DNA of 64,000 nt from Clostridiales bacterium (GCA_015055975.1 SVHF01000001.1:6752-70751), one strand, 5' to 3'; counted from the first letter of the stretch, positions 19,217 to 28,268 are shown. Notes: generated by a model not told the origin, from the sequence alone. Made by a program: numbers and translations.

Positions 19217-19794
19217 GTAAACTAGATGAAGCAATCAAATTCGCAGTCGATGCTCATTCGGGGCAATTGAGGAAGATTAGAAATACTCCTTATATATTGC
19301 ACCCACTTGAAGCTGCATCAATAGCGGGTATGTTAACAAAAGATGAAGATATTATTTGTGCTGCAGTATTGCATGATGTTGTCGAGGATACTGACAGACA
19401 ATTAGAAGAAATTAGAGAGTTGTTTGGGGATAGAGTAGCAGAACTTGTTAGCTCTGAAACAGAAAACAAGCGTAGATACCTACCTCCTGAAGCAACATGG
19501 AGAATAAGAAAAGAAGAAAGCTTAAAACATCTAAAAGAGTGTGACGATATAGGAATAAGAACACTTTGGATGGCAGACAAACTTTCTAACGTACGTTCAT
19601 TCTATGACGCATATGAACAAATGGGCGATGCATTTTGGGTACAATTCAATCAAAAAGATAAACATGAGCAAGCATGGTATTATAGAGAGATTTACAAGAT
19701 TTTGAAACCGGAGTTCGAAAATACGCTTGCATTTAAGGAATACGCAGGCCTTATTACAGCAATATTTGGGGAGGAAGCAACACATGAAATTTGA
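19213..19794 (+). CDS. RelA/SpoT-type HD domain protein (small alarmone hydrolase-like, putative (p)ppGpp pyrophosphohydrolase)
   Basis: TTG start in a TTGA overlap with the upstream stop. 'HSGQLRKIRNTPYILHPLEAA...AAVLHDVVEDT' matches the Rel/SpoT hydrolase-domain signature. Confidence 0.72.
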   Translation: MSKLDEAIKFAVDAHSGQLRKIRNTPYILHPLEAASIAGMLTKDEDIICAAVLHDVVEDTDRQLEEIRELFGDRVAELVSSETENKRRYLPPEATWRIRKEESLKHLKECDDIGIRTLWMADKLSNVRSFYDAYEQMGDAFWVQFNQKDKHEQAWYYREIYKILKPEFENTLAFKEYAGLITAIFGEEATHEI

Positions 19795-20956
19795 TAATAC
19801 TAATGCAATTTTAAAAATATTTCTTCAAGGAAGAATAGATTCAAATAACGCAGCTGAAGTTGAAGAAAACATTATGTCAACAATTAATGATAATGCACAT
19901 CAATCTCTAGTTTTAGATTTGGATGATTTATCTTATATTTCATCGGCTGGTTTAAGAATTATTTTGAAATTGAAAAAGATGGATAAAACTTTAAAGCTTA
20001 TAAATGTGTCTACAGAAGTTTATGAAATTTTTGACATGACAGGCTTTACTGAAATGATGGAAATATCTAAAGCTTATAAAAAGATCTCTATAGAGGGCTG
20101 CGAACTAATTGGCCAAGGCGCAAATGGTAAAGTTTATAGAATAGATGGAGAAACAATTGTAAAAGTTTACGAATCTCCAGATTGCTTAGATGATATTAAG
20201 CGTGAAAGAGCACTAGCTAAAAAGGCATTTGTTTTAGGAATCCCAACAGCTATTTCTTATGAAATTGCAAGAATTGGTGATTCTTATGGAACAGTATTTG
20301 AACTATTGGATGCAAAATCTATTGCAAAGCTTCTAGCTGAAAACCCAGGAAAAATTGATGAATATGTAGATATGTATGTTGATCTTCTAAAGAAAATCCA
20401 TGCCACAAAAGTTGACGATGAAGATATGGTAGATATGAGACAAACTGCCATAAATTGGGCAACTTTTGATGCAGAATATCTTCCAAAAGATGTTGGAGAT
20501 AAGTTGATTTCGCTTGTTAAAGCTGTTCCAAAAACTAACAATATGATGCATGGCGATTATCATATTAAAAACGTTATGGTTCAAAAAGGAGAAGTATTGT
20601 TAATTGATATGGATACATTATGTGTTGGAGATCCAATCTTCGAATTAGGCTCAATGTTTAACGCTTATGAAGGTTTTTCATCAATGGATGAAAGTATCTC
20701 TTTAGCATTCCTTGGAATTCCACATGCATTGGCCGTTGACTTTTGGAGAAAAACACTTAAAAAATACCTTGGAACAGAGGACGAAAAGGTGATTGATGAA
20801 GTAGAGAAAAAAGCTAAGATTTTAGGATTTATGAGACTACTTAGAAGAATAATTAGACGTGGTGGATTTGAAGATTCTAAAAAGAAGAAAGAAGTTGATT
20901 ATTTTATCGAACAACTAACAAAGTTAGTTCCTGAAGTTGATACGCTAGCAATTTAG
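19784..20956 (+). CDS. STAS (anti-sigma-antagonist-like) domain fused to an APH/choline-kinase/protein-kinase-like fold
   Basis: ATG 19784 (SD 'ggggagg'), with an 11-nt overlap with the HD gene. STAS 'LVLDLDDLSYISSAGLRIILKL'. Kinase-like 'GQGANGKVYRI...IVKVY', 'HGDYHIKNVMV' and 'LIDMD'. Confidence 0.7.
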   Translation: MKFDNTNAILKIFLQGRIDSNNAAEVEENIMSTINDNAHQSLVLDLDDLSYISSAGLRIILKLKKMDKTLKLINVSTEVYEIFDMTGFTEMMEISKAYKKISIEGCELIGQGANGKVYRIDGETIVKVYESPDCLDDIKRERALAKKAFVLGIPTAISYEIARIGDSYGTVFELLDAKSIAKLLAENPGKIDEYVDMYVDLLKKIHATKVDDEDMVDMRQTAINWATFDAEYLPKDVGDKLISLVKAVPKTNNMMHGDYHIKNVMVQKGEVLLIDMDTLCVGDPIFELGSMFNAYEGFSSMDESISLAFLGIPHALAVDFWRKTLKKYLGTEDEKVIDEVEKKAKILGFMRLLRRIIRRGGFEDSKKKKEVDYFIEQLTKLVPEVDTLAI

Positions 20957-20979
20957 TCGAAAAAAATAAAGCAAAAAAA

Positions 20980-21020
20980 GATGTGGACATTGGTTAATTC
21001 CTTTGTCCACATCGTTTATT
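20980..21020 (+). terminator. Terminator hairpin after the STAS-kinase gene
   Basis: Perfect 10-bp stem gatgtggaca/tgtccacatc (20980-20989 / 21004-21013), followed by gtttatt (weak U-tract). Confidence 0.6.
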
Positions 21021-21118
21021 ATAGCATAAAAAGAAAAAATGTGAAATCTATTATTAGTAATAATATAATGCTATAATATTTGTGAACAATAAAATGCAAC
21101 TTTAAGGAGGTAAGGATT

Positions 21119-21655
21119 ATGCGTATTGAAATTATTGAGAAGAATTACAGGCTTAATGAAAAAACCAAAAACCTCATTTGCGAAAAACTAGCTAAATTTG
21201 AAAGGTATTTTGAAGATGATGCAGTTGCAAAAGTAACACCAAAGGTTATCGGAAAGAAAGGTACAAAAACAGTTAAGTACGAAATCGAAATTACTATCTT
21301 CTTTGGTAGTAACATGGTAAGAGCTGAGGTAGCATCAGATAAGATGTCTAAGAGCTTAGATTTGGCACTTCCAAAAATTGAAGGACAAATCAGAAAATAC
21401 CGTACTCAACTAGACAAGGTTAAAAAGGCAGCTTTTGATGAAGCATCTTTGTTTAATCCAAAGGAAACTGAGGAAAAACAACTTGTTAGAACAAAGACTA
21501 TCCATTTGAATTCAATTTCAACAAAGCTTGCTATTGAAAAGATGGAACTTGCAGATCACGATTTCTATGTTTATATGGATGAAGCATCAGGTATGGTTAG
21601 CATCGTTTATATAAGAGAAGATGGAGATGTTGGTAGAATAGAATTAGTTTACTAA
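21119..21655 (+). CDS. hpf: Ribosome hibernation promoting factor (long form)
   Basis: 178 aa. S30AE/YfiA-like N-domain plus C-terminal dimerisation region 'HDFYVYMDEASGMVSIVYIREDGDVGRIE'. SD 'aaggagg'. Confidence 0.9.
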   Translation: MRIEIIEKNYRLNEKTKNLICEKLAKFERYFEDDAVAKVTPKVIGKKGTKTVKYEIEITIFFGSNMVRAEVASDKMSKSLDLALPKIEGQIRKYRTQLDKVKKAAFDEASLFNPKETEEKQLVRTKTIHLNSISTKLAIEKMELADHDFYVYMDEASGMVSIVYIREDGDVGRIELVY

Positions 21656-21673
21656 TTTTTGAAAGCTTATATG

Positions 21674-21705
21674 TCTGGGCGTTAGGAGGCGCCCAGATTT
21701 TTTTT
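21674..21705 (+). terminator. Rho-independent terminator of hpf
   Basis: Stem tctgggcg/cgcccaga followed by T8. Confidence 0.85.
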
Positions 21706-21733
21706 ATTATATTTATAATATTTATTTATTTTA

Positions 21734-21742
21734 TGTTATAAT
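21734..21742 (+). promoter_or_regulatory. Extended -10 box (tgttataat) 8 nt upstream of ATG 21751
   Basis: TGnTATAAT read directly. There is no SD between it and the start codon. Confidence 0.5.
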
Positions 21743-21750
21743 AATTTGCG

Positions 21751-24699
21751 ATGAAGAAATTGTTTTTGAGTATAGCTATAATTTGTTTGATTATTGTGGG
21801 TTGTTTTACAACCTTAGTTTCATGCTCAGATTCAAATGATGATACAACAATTATCCATAACGATGAAATCTTATCTAGATATGGAGATGCGTTTGTGGAT
21901 ATTGCTTCAACCGATGCTCCATCTTCTGCTAAAGAGTATCAACATTTGCCAAGAATTACAAGAAGATTTTTAATCGATACAAGAATAAAAGGAAGACATG
22001 TCTTGGGCTTGTATATGCCACTTAATGAGTCTGTAACTTTTACTATTGATTCTTCGGAAATAGGCAAGCATCACAAAATTGATATCAACGCGAATTTCCC
22101 ATTAGAAGATCCATATTCTTTAGAATTAGATGCTGTAGAAATCACAAGAGCAAGACAGTTGATGGGTGGAATGATTGAACTTAATTTAGGGGAAACAAAC
22201 ATCCAAACATTTACATTAACTATAAGCGGATGTGTTGAACTACCATCATATAGATATGGAATTGATACTGGGGCTACTTTTGCGGATGTTGGAAATTACA
22301 ATATTTTAGATTGCATGAACGCAAGAATTTATGTTCCTTCTTCAGAATATGCAAAGATTAATAAAGCAGAGAAGGTAATGAACTGGTGGAGAAATGCATT
22401 ATTGTTAATGGATCAAGTTACAAAATTATCTATCTTTAACGACGATTATTCTCCAATGTGTATTTATTTTAAACGCGGCGTAAATAGTACTGAAATGTTT
22501 GATAGTTCAAACGATTGTATTTATCTTCCATATGAATTTATTCAAACTATTGTAGATTACGATTGTTTAACCAATGGTGATGAGGGCAAATTATTAAGTG
22601 TATTAGATTTTATAGCAAGAGAAAAATTGCTTATAACAAATTCGTTTTCAGGAACTTTTTTGGAAGATTCAATTGACGATATTTTAGCAGAATTAACATA
22701 TATAAACATGGTAGATAGCTTTAGTGCAGATTTGCTAAACGAAAAGCCAGAATGCACAGCTTATGGAAATATTGCGCAAATTCTTGAAGGCGACTTTTCG
22801 AACAATACAGATAAATATCTAGCTTTATTTACTCATTTATATTATGCATTCCCAAATGAGGTGATGACACAAGCTTTAGAGCTTGTAGACAGCGAAAAGC
22901 TTTCAGATTCTTTGCTTATTGCAAGAATTGCAGACATAACACAATCTAACTTAAAGCCACTTGCAGATAAATTAGGAATTTCTTTGTATGGTGGGGATAT
23001 AGATAGAATGCAGGGATATCCTATGCATTATCTTGTTGCAAATAAGTATGCAATTGGCCATCGTGAACATAAGGAGCAATTAGGGGTAACAGTCAAGATT
23101 GGCCAAGTTACAACTTTTGATTTTGCATCAGCAATTGTTGGCGATGGAGATTGGCAAATAAGCGAAGTTAAGGGAAGCGCAAATAGATGGTATAAAAATG
23201 AACAAGGACAATATGTATATACTCCAAGCGCCGAATTGTTGAGAGATTATTTCACACTTGTTTTAACAAATGGTGAAGTTAATGTTGAATTATATGGAAA
23301 CATAAATGTGGATATTGCAGTAAGTTCTTGCATTATTTATGATAACGTAACATTTAAAACACTTGATGAAGCCAAAAAAGGCTCTAAAAATATTGCCCCA
23401 ACAAACACGCAGGCGTTAGATTTTGCAGGAATTGAAAAAGAAGACACAGAATCAACAGATATCCGTTATGTTGTATCCGTTGGCGCAATTGAAGTAGATA
23501 AAACAGGCGATTATACATTGTATCTAAAGAGCTCTGGACTTTGTTCTGTTAATTTTGGTGTTAGGGATTATTTCACAGAAATCTTTAATAACCAATTGAC
23601 AGTAAGTGCATACACAAACGAACTTTCTTATACAGTTAAATTAGAAAAAGGATTTACATATATTTATTCAATATATGACCTATTTAATAGAGGAACGGGA
23701 TTTGCATCTTTAGGTATCAAAGCTCCAGGTAAAGAAATTCAAGATATAGATAAGAGTTATTTAGTTTATTCGGAATTGAAAAGAGCAAGCATCGTGGAAT
23801 ATACAAACGAGCAAAAGCACTCAACGTTGTTTGGTATGCAAAAAGAAGAATACATGCCAATAAAGACATCAGATATAGCACAGTTTTCAAATATTCCGTC
23901 ATATAAGATAGGCGAAGTTAGTGACCCAATTGAAAAAGATTCAATTGTTTCGTTTGTCTTGCCTTTTGAAGAAATGAGTCTTGTAGATTATCTAATGATT
24001 CAATCTCAAGATATGACAAACGTTACAGTGAAGTTATATGGTGGCGTAAATTATTCTCAAGTTTTAGCTGAAGGTACTATTTTAGATAAGCAAACAAAAT
24101 TCTTGTTTGAACAAAGAAACTTAGATAGTATAAAGATTGAATTTAAAGCACCAATGGAATATAGATTAAATATTAAGGAATTGAATGTAGGTAAATCTAT
24201 AAGCTCAATGACAATTATTCCATCTACATCAACAACTATTGAATATATCGGGGAGTGGCAATCTTCTACAAACTATATTGCTATAAATGGAAGATTAGCA
24301 ATTACAAAATCTGATGATGCAATATTTAGCTATTCATTTAACGGAAACGAAATATCCATATATGCAACAATAGGGCCAGAATTCGGCATTGCAAAGGTTA
24401 CAATAGATGGACAAGAAAAAGAATCTATCGATTTGAATAATACTAAAGTATTGTGCTCACAATTAGTTTATACGGCAAAGCTTTCTGATGGAGATCACAT
24501 TATACAAATTATTCCAGCAGATTCAACTCCAATTAATATAGATTATTTAGCAGTTACGTCATTTGGAAAAACTGAAACAAAGAATGATTTCTCAAAGCTT
24601 TGGTATATTGCTATCATTCCAGGATTGGTTTTAATCGCAGGAATTGTATTTGCAATCTTGGATTATAGAGAAAAGAAGAAGAAACAAGCACAACCATAA
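21751..24699 (+). CDS. Large (982 aa) hypothetical cell-surface protein with an N-terminal lipoprotein signal and a C-terminal TM anchor
   Basis: Lipobox 'LVSC' after a hydrophobic N-terminus. C-terminal 'LWYIAIIPGLVLIAGIVFAIL' followed by 'REKKKKQ'. A beta-rich CBM-like module lies near the C-terminus ('YIGEWQSS...FSYSFNGNEISIYATIGPEFGIAKVTIDGQE...GDHIIQI'). No catalytic motif recognised. Confidence 0.6.
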   Translation: MKKLFLSIAIICLIIVGCFTTLVSCSDSNDDTTIIHNDEILSRYGDAFVDIASTDAPSSAKEYQHLPRITRRFLIDTRIKGRHVLGLYMPLNESVTFTIDSSEIGKHHKIDINANFPLEDPYSLELDAVEITRARQLMGGMIELNLGETNIQTFTLTISGCVELPSYRYGIDTGATFADVGNYNILDCMNARIYVPSSEYAKINKAEKVMNWWRNALLLMDQVTKLSIFNDDYSPMCIYFKRGVNSTEMFDSSNDCIYLPYEFIQTIVDYDCLTNGDEGKLLSVLDFIAREKLLITNSFSGTFLEDSIDDILAELTYINMVDSFSADLLNEKPECTAYGNIAQILEGDFSNNTDKYLALFTHLYYAFPNEVMTQALELVDSEKLSDSLLIARIADITQSNLKPLADKLGISLYGGDIDRMQGYPMHYLVANKYAIGHREHKEQLGVTVKIGQVTTFDFASAIVGDGDWQISEVKGSANRWYKNEQGQYVYTPSAELLRDYFTLVLTNGEVNVELYGNINVDIAVSSCIIYDNVTFKTLDEAKKGSKNIAPTNTQALDFAGIEKEDTESTDIRYVVSVGAIEVDKTGDYTLYLKSSGLCSVNFGVRDYFTEIFNNQLTVSAYTNELSYTVKLEKGFTYIYSIYDLFNRGTGFASLGIKAPGKEIQDIDKSYLVYSELKRASIVEYTNEQKHSTLFGMQKEEYMPIKTSDIAQFSNIPSYKIGEVSDPIEKDSIVSFVLPFEEMSLVDYLMIQSQDMTNVTVKLYGGVNYSQVLAEGTILDKQTKFLFEQRNLDSIKIEFKAPMEYRLNIKELNVGKSISSMTIIPSTSTTIEYIGEWQSSTNYIAINGRLAITKSDDAIFSYSFNGNEISIYATIGPEFGIAKVTIDGQEKESIDLNNTKVLCSQLVYTAKLSDGDHIIQIIPADSTPINIDYLAVTSFGKTETKNDFSKLWYIAIIPGLVLIAGIVFAILDYREKKKKQAQP

Positions 24700-24719
24700 C
24701 GTAGTTATAGAGTATAGTT

Positions 24720-24746
24720 TTAGCACTCGGCAGGGTTGAGTGCTAA
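24720..24746. promoter_or_regulatory. CIRCE element (perfect consensus TTAGCACTC-N9-GAGTGCTAA)
   Basis: Read directly. It is followed by a T-rich run (24748-24763), so it also has the form of an intrinsic terminator for the upstream gene. Confidence 0.85.
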
Positions 24747-24774
24747 ATTTTTTTATTTTTTTTATCAAAAAGTA

Positions 24775-24833
24775 TTGACTCTAAAAAAAAGTGTTGTATA
24801 ATGTATTTAGCAATCGTGAAGAGCGAGTGCCAA
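24775..24833 (+). promoter_or_regulatory. hrcA promoter (ttgact-16 nt-tataat) followed by a second, degenerate CIRCE (TTAGCAATC-N9-GAGTGCCAA)
   Basis: -35 at 24775-24780 and -10 at 24797-24802. The CIRCE-like inverted repeat at 24807-24833 has 2 mismatches to consensus. Confidence 0.7.
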
Positions 24834-24860
24834 AATTTATAAAAAGAGGTAGCTAAAAGC

Positions 24861-25874
24861 ATGAAAGATAACAAAGGTTTATCTGAAAGAAGAAAAAAGA
24901 TATTGAATGCTCTTGTAGATAGTTACATATCTGATGCGGAGCCAATTTCTTCAGCAGCAATTAAAGATAAATATATGCCTGATGTATCTACAGCCACTAT
25001 AAGAAGTGAATTAGCAACTCTTGAAGAAATGGGATATTTAAGTCAACCACACATAAGTGCAGGTAGAGTTCCATCTTCAAAAGCATATAAATTTTATGTA
25101 GATAATATTTTGGCAAACGAAAGTCAAATGGACTTACAACAAGTAAAGTCTGTTTTGGCCACAAAATATGCGTCAATAAAGGAAATCGTAAAAGATAGTG
25201 CAAAGATTGTATCAGATGTTACAAATTACACATCTTTGCTTATGATTTCATCTACAGATAACATATTAGTAAACGATGTTAAAGTTATTGATATGTATGA
25301 TGGTACAGCGCTAGTTTTGATTGTTACAAACAACGGATCAATTAAAGATAAGACAATTAAACTTCCAGATACTAATATCTCTAACTATATTGAAGTTGCA
25401 AACGGTTTATTATATAGAACATTCGCAGGAAAGAGATTGGTAGAAATTGTACATTCACATAACGTAATAGATTCTCAATTAAGAGACTTTGAACAATTAT
25501 TTGAACAAGTTCTTAATATGATTATTGATTATAAGAATGCGCGTGAAAGTCAAATTCAAATTGAAGGTAAAGATAAAATCTTTAATTATCCAGAATATAA
25601 CGATGTTAACAATGTAAAGAACTTCCTAAGCATTGTAAACGACCAAGAAAAGCTTCATGAAATCGTTAATGATAAAGATGGCTCAATTGAATTCTCAATC
25701 AAGATTGGTAAAGAAGACGATGAAACATTGAATGATATGGCGATTGTATCTGCTAAATATAAGTTCAGCGGAGAAGAAGTAGGACAACTTGGTGTAATTG
25801 GACCTCAAAGAATGGATTACAAGAAAGTATTATCTGTTCTAAGAGAAATTGGAACATTATTTGAAAATAATTAG
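24861..25874 (+). CDS. hrcA: Heat-inducible transcription repressor HrcA
   Basis: Winged-helix N-terminus 'LSERRKKILNALVDSYISDAEPISSAAI'. 337 aa. First gene of hrcA-grpE-dnaK-dnaJ, with CIRCE upstream. Confidence 0.93.
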   Translation: MKDNKGLSERRKKILNALVDSYISDAEPISSAAIKDKYMPDVSTATIRSELATLEEMGYLSQPHISAGRVPSSKAYKFYVDNILANESQMDLQQVKSVLATKYASIKEIVKDSAKIVSDVTNYTSLLMISSTDNILVNDVKVIDMYDGTALVLIVTNNGSIKDKTIKLPDTNISNYIEVANGLLYRTFAGKRLVEIVHSHNVIDSQLRDFEQLFEQVLNMIIDYKNARESQIQIEGKDKIFNYPEYNDVNNVKNFLSIVNDQEKLHEIVNDKDGSIEFSIKIGKEDDETLNDMAIVSAKYKFSGEEVGQLGVIGPQRMDYKKVLSVLREIGTLFENN

Positions 25875-25888
25875 TAAGGTATACAAAA

Positions 25889-26389
25889 ATGGCAGACGAA
25901 ACAAAAGAAATTAAAGATGAAGAAGTAGTAGTAGAAAAAGCAGACAAGAAGGCAAAAAAGGCTACAAAGAATGCGGACAAAGAAAAGTACGATACTTTGT
26001 ATAACCAATTTATCCGTCTTCAAGCAGACTTTGAAAACTACAAAAAGAGAAATGCTCAATTATCTTCTCAAATGTATAACGATGGCATCAATGATGCAAT
26101 CTCAGCAATATTGCCAACAATAGATTCTCTAGATATGGCAATTAATGCACAAAAAGATGAAGAGCATAAAAAGGGTATTGAACTTGTAAAGAAAGCATTT
26201 ATAGATGCTATAAAGAAGTTCGATGTAGAAGAAATAGAAGCTCAAGGCGATTTCAATCCAAATTTACATGAAGCCGTTATGAGCAAAGACGATCCAGATA
26301 ATGCTGGAAAGATAGTACAAGTGTTAAGAGCTGGCTACAAGCGTGGAGATAAAGTGTTAAGACATACCATGTGCGTAGTTGGACAATAA
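25889..26389 (+). CDS. grpE: Nucleotide exchange factor GrpE
   Basis: 'FIRLQADFENYKKR' and C-terminal 'GYKRGDKVLRHTMCVV'. Operon position also supports the call. Confidence 0.9.
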   Translation: MADETKEIKDEEVVVEKADKKAKKATKNADKEKYDTLYNQFIRLQADFENYKKRNAQLSSQMYNDGINDAISAILPTIDSLDMAINAQKDEEHKKGIELVKKAFIDAIKKFDVEEIEAQGDFNPNLHEAVMSKDDPDNAGKIVQVLRAGYKRGDKVLRHTMCVVGQ

Positions 26390-26423
26390 TATAGAAATTA
26401 AAGTTTAAAAGGAGATATAGAAT

Positions 26424-28268
26424 ATGAGTAAAATAATTGGTATTGATTTAGGAACAACAAACTCTTGTGTAGCAATTATGGAAGGTGGCGAAGCTCAAGT
26501 TATCGCTAACTCTGAAGGTTCAAGAACAACTCCATCAGTTGTAGGTTTTGCAAAAGATGGTGAAAGATTAGTTGGACAAGTTGCTAAAAGACAAGCCGTA
26601 GCAAACGCTTCAAGAACAGTTTCTTCTATCAAGCGCCATATGGGTGAAGATTATAAGGTAAGCATTGATGATAAATCATACTCACCACAAGAAATATCAG
26701 CTATGATTCTTTCAAAATTGAAGGCAGATGCTGAAAGCTATATTGGAGAAAAGGTAACTCAAGCTGTTATTACAGTTCCAGCTTACTTCTCAGATAGCCA
26801 AAGACAAGCTACAAAGGACGCAGGTAAGATTGCCGGTCTTGATGTTTTAAGAATTATCAACGAACCAACAGCTGCAGCTTTAGCTTATGGTCTAGATAAA
26901 GGCGAAAACAAAGGACAAAAGGTTTTGATTTACGACCTTGGTGGTGGTACATTCGATGTTTCAATTCTAGAAATTGAAGATGGTGTATTTGAAGTATTAT
27001 CTACAAACGGTGATACAAGACTAGGTGGTGATGACTTCGATAACGTAATTATTGGATACATCCTAGATGAATTCAAGAAAGCAGAAGGTATTGACCTATC
27101 TAAAGATAAGGCTACAATGCAACGTATTAAAGAAGCTGCAGAAAAGGCTAAGATCGACCTATCTGGTGTTACAAAGACAAATATCAACCTTCCATTTATC
27201 ACAATGGTTGATGGAACTCCAAAGCACATTGATATGGACTTAACAAGAGCTAAGTTTGATGCTCTAACAGCTGATCTAGTAAATAGAACATTGGTTCCTC
27301 TAAAGAAAGCTTTAGCTGATGCTAACTTACAACCATCAGATCTATCTAAGGTAATCTTAGTTGGTGGTTCTACAAGAATCCCAGCTGTAGTTGATGCAGT
27401 AAGAAAGGCAACAGGTAAAGAACCATTCAAGGGTATTAACCCAGATGAATGTGTAGCAATCGGTGCAGCTATTCAAGGCGGTGTACTTGCTGGTGATGTT
27501 AAAGATGTCGTATTACTTGATGTAACACCTCTATCTTTAGGTATTGAAACAATGGGCGGTGTATTCACAAAGCTTATTGATAGAAATACAACTATCCCAA
27601 CACAAAAATCACAAATCTTCTCAACAGCAGCAGATAACCAAACGGCCGTTGATATCAGAGTATTGCAAGGTGAAAGACCAATGGCAAATGATAACAAAGA
27701 GTTAGGTAGATTCCAACTAGATGGTATCGCTCCAGCTCCACGTGGTATACCACAAATCGAAGTTACATTTGATATTGACTCTAACGGTATCGTTAATATC
27801 ACTGCAAACGATAAAGGAACAGGCAAGAAGCAATCTATCACAATTACATCTTCTACAAACCTATCAGATGATGAAATCGATAAGGCTGTAAAGGAAGCAG
27901 AAAAGTATGCTGAAGAAGATAAAAAGCGTAAGGATCAAGTAGATGCTAAGAACGAAGCTGATCAAATGATTTTCGCAACAGAAAAGGCAATCAGCGAAGC
28001 TGGAGATAAGATTACTGAAGACGACAAGAAGACTCTTCAAGCAGCTATCGATAAAGCTAAGAAGGACTTAGAAGAATCTAAAGATGCTGAAACAACAAGA
28101 AAGATCATTGATGAAATGACAAAGGCAAATGCTCCTATCTTTACAAAGTTATACCAAGCAGCTCAAGAGGATGCTCAAAAGCAACAAGGTGCAGCAAAGA
28201 ATGAAGATGGAACAGTAAATCCAGACGATATCATTATCGACAACGGAGACAACAACGAGAATAAATAA
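26424..28268 (+). CDS. dnaK: Molecular chaperone DnaK (Hsp70)
   Basis: '[13 protein letters not shown]', '[12 protein letters not shown]' and '[13 protein letters not shown]'. 614 aa. Confidence 0.98.
   Translation: MSKIIGIDLGTTNSCVAIMEGGEAQVIANSEGSRTTPSVVGFAKDGERLVGQVAKRQAVANASRTVSSIKRHMGEDYKVSIDDKSYSPQEISAMILSKLKADAESYIGEKVTQAVITVPAYFSDSQRQATKDAGKIAGLDVLRIINEPTAAALAYGLDKGENKGQKVLIYDLGGGTFDVSILEIEDGVFEVLSTNGDTRLGGDDFDNVIIGYILDEFKKAEGIDLSKDKATMQRIKEAAEKAKIDLSGVTKTNINLPFITMVDGTPKHIDMDLTRAKFDALTADLVNRTLVPLKKALADANLQPSDLSKVILVGGSTRIPAVVDAVRKATGKEPFKGINPDECVAIGAAIQGGVLAGDVKDVVLLDVTPLSLGIETMGGVFTKLIDRNTTIPTQKSQIFSTAADNQTAVDIRVLQGERPMANDNKELGRFQLDGIAPAPRGIPQIEVTFDIDSNGIVNITANDKGTGKKQSITITSSTNLSDDEIDKAVKEAEKYAEEDKKRKDQVDAKNEADQMIFATEKAISEAGDKITEDDKKTLQAAIDKAKKDLEESKDAETTRKIIDEMTKANAPIFTKLYQAAQEDAQKQQGAAKNEDGTVNPDDIIIDNGDNNENK

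Noticed and set aside
19727-19783. Upstream start (19727) for the STAS::kinase ORF, and similar long starts at 14905, 28306, 43875, 45118, 47129, 59952 and 3020
   Set aside because: In each case an internal ATG has a proper SD at the right spacing. The extension overlaps the preceding gene or a terminator, or lacks any ribosome-binding site.
21751-24699. M60/enhancin-like metallopeptidase assignment for the 982-aa surface protein
   Set aside because: The N-terminal layout is vaguely reminiscent of that family, but there is no HEXXH (or any other zinc-binding) motif anywhere in the protein.
26930-27841. Antisense ORFs of 166 and 122 aa inside dnaK; similar ones inside clpC (13239-13643, 14672-14890), ppdK, the surface-protein genes and spoVG (49656-49958)
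   Set aside because: They are mirror frames of strongly supported genes. They have no SD or promoter, and their low-complexity compositions are typical of antisense frames in AT-rich genomes.
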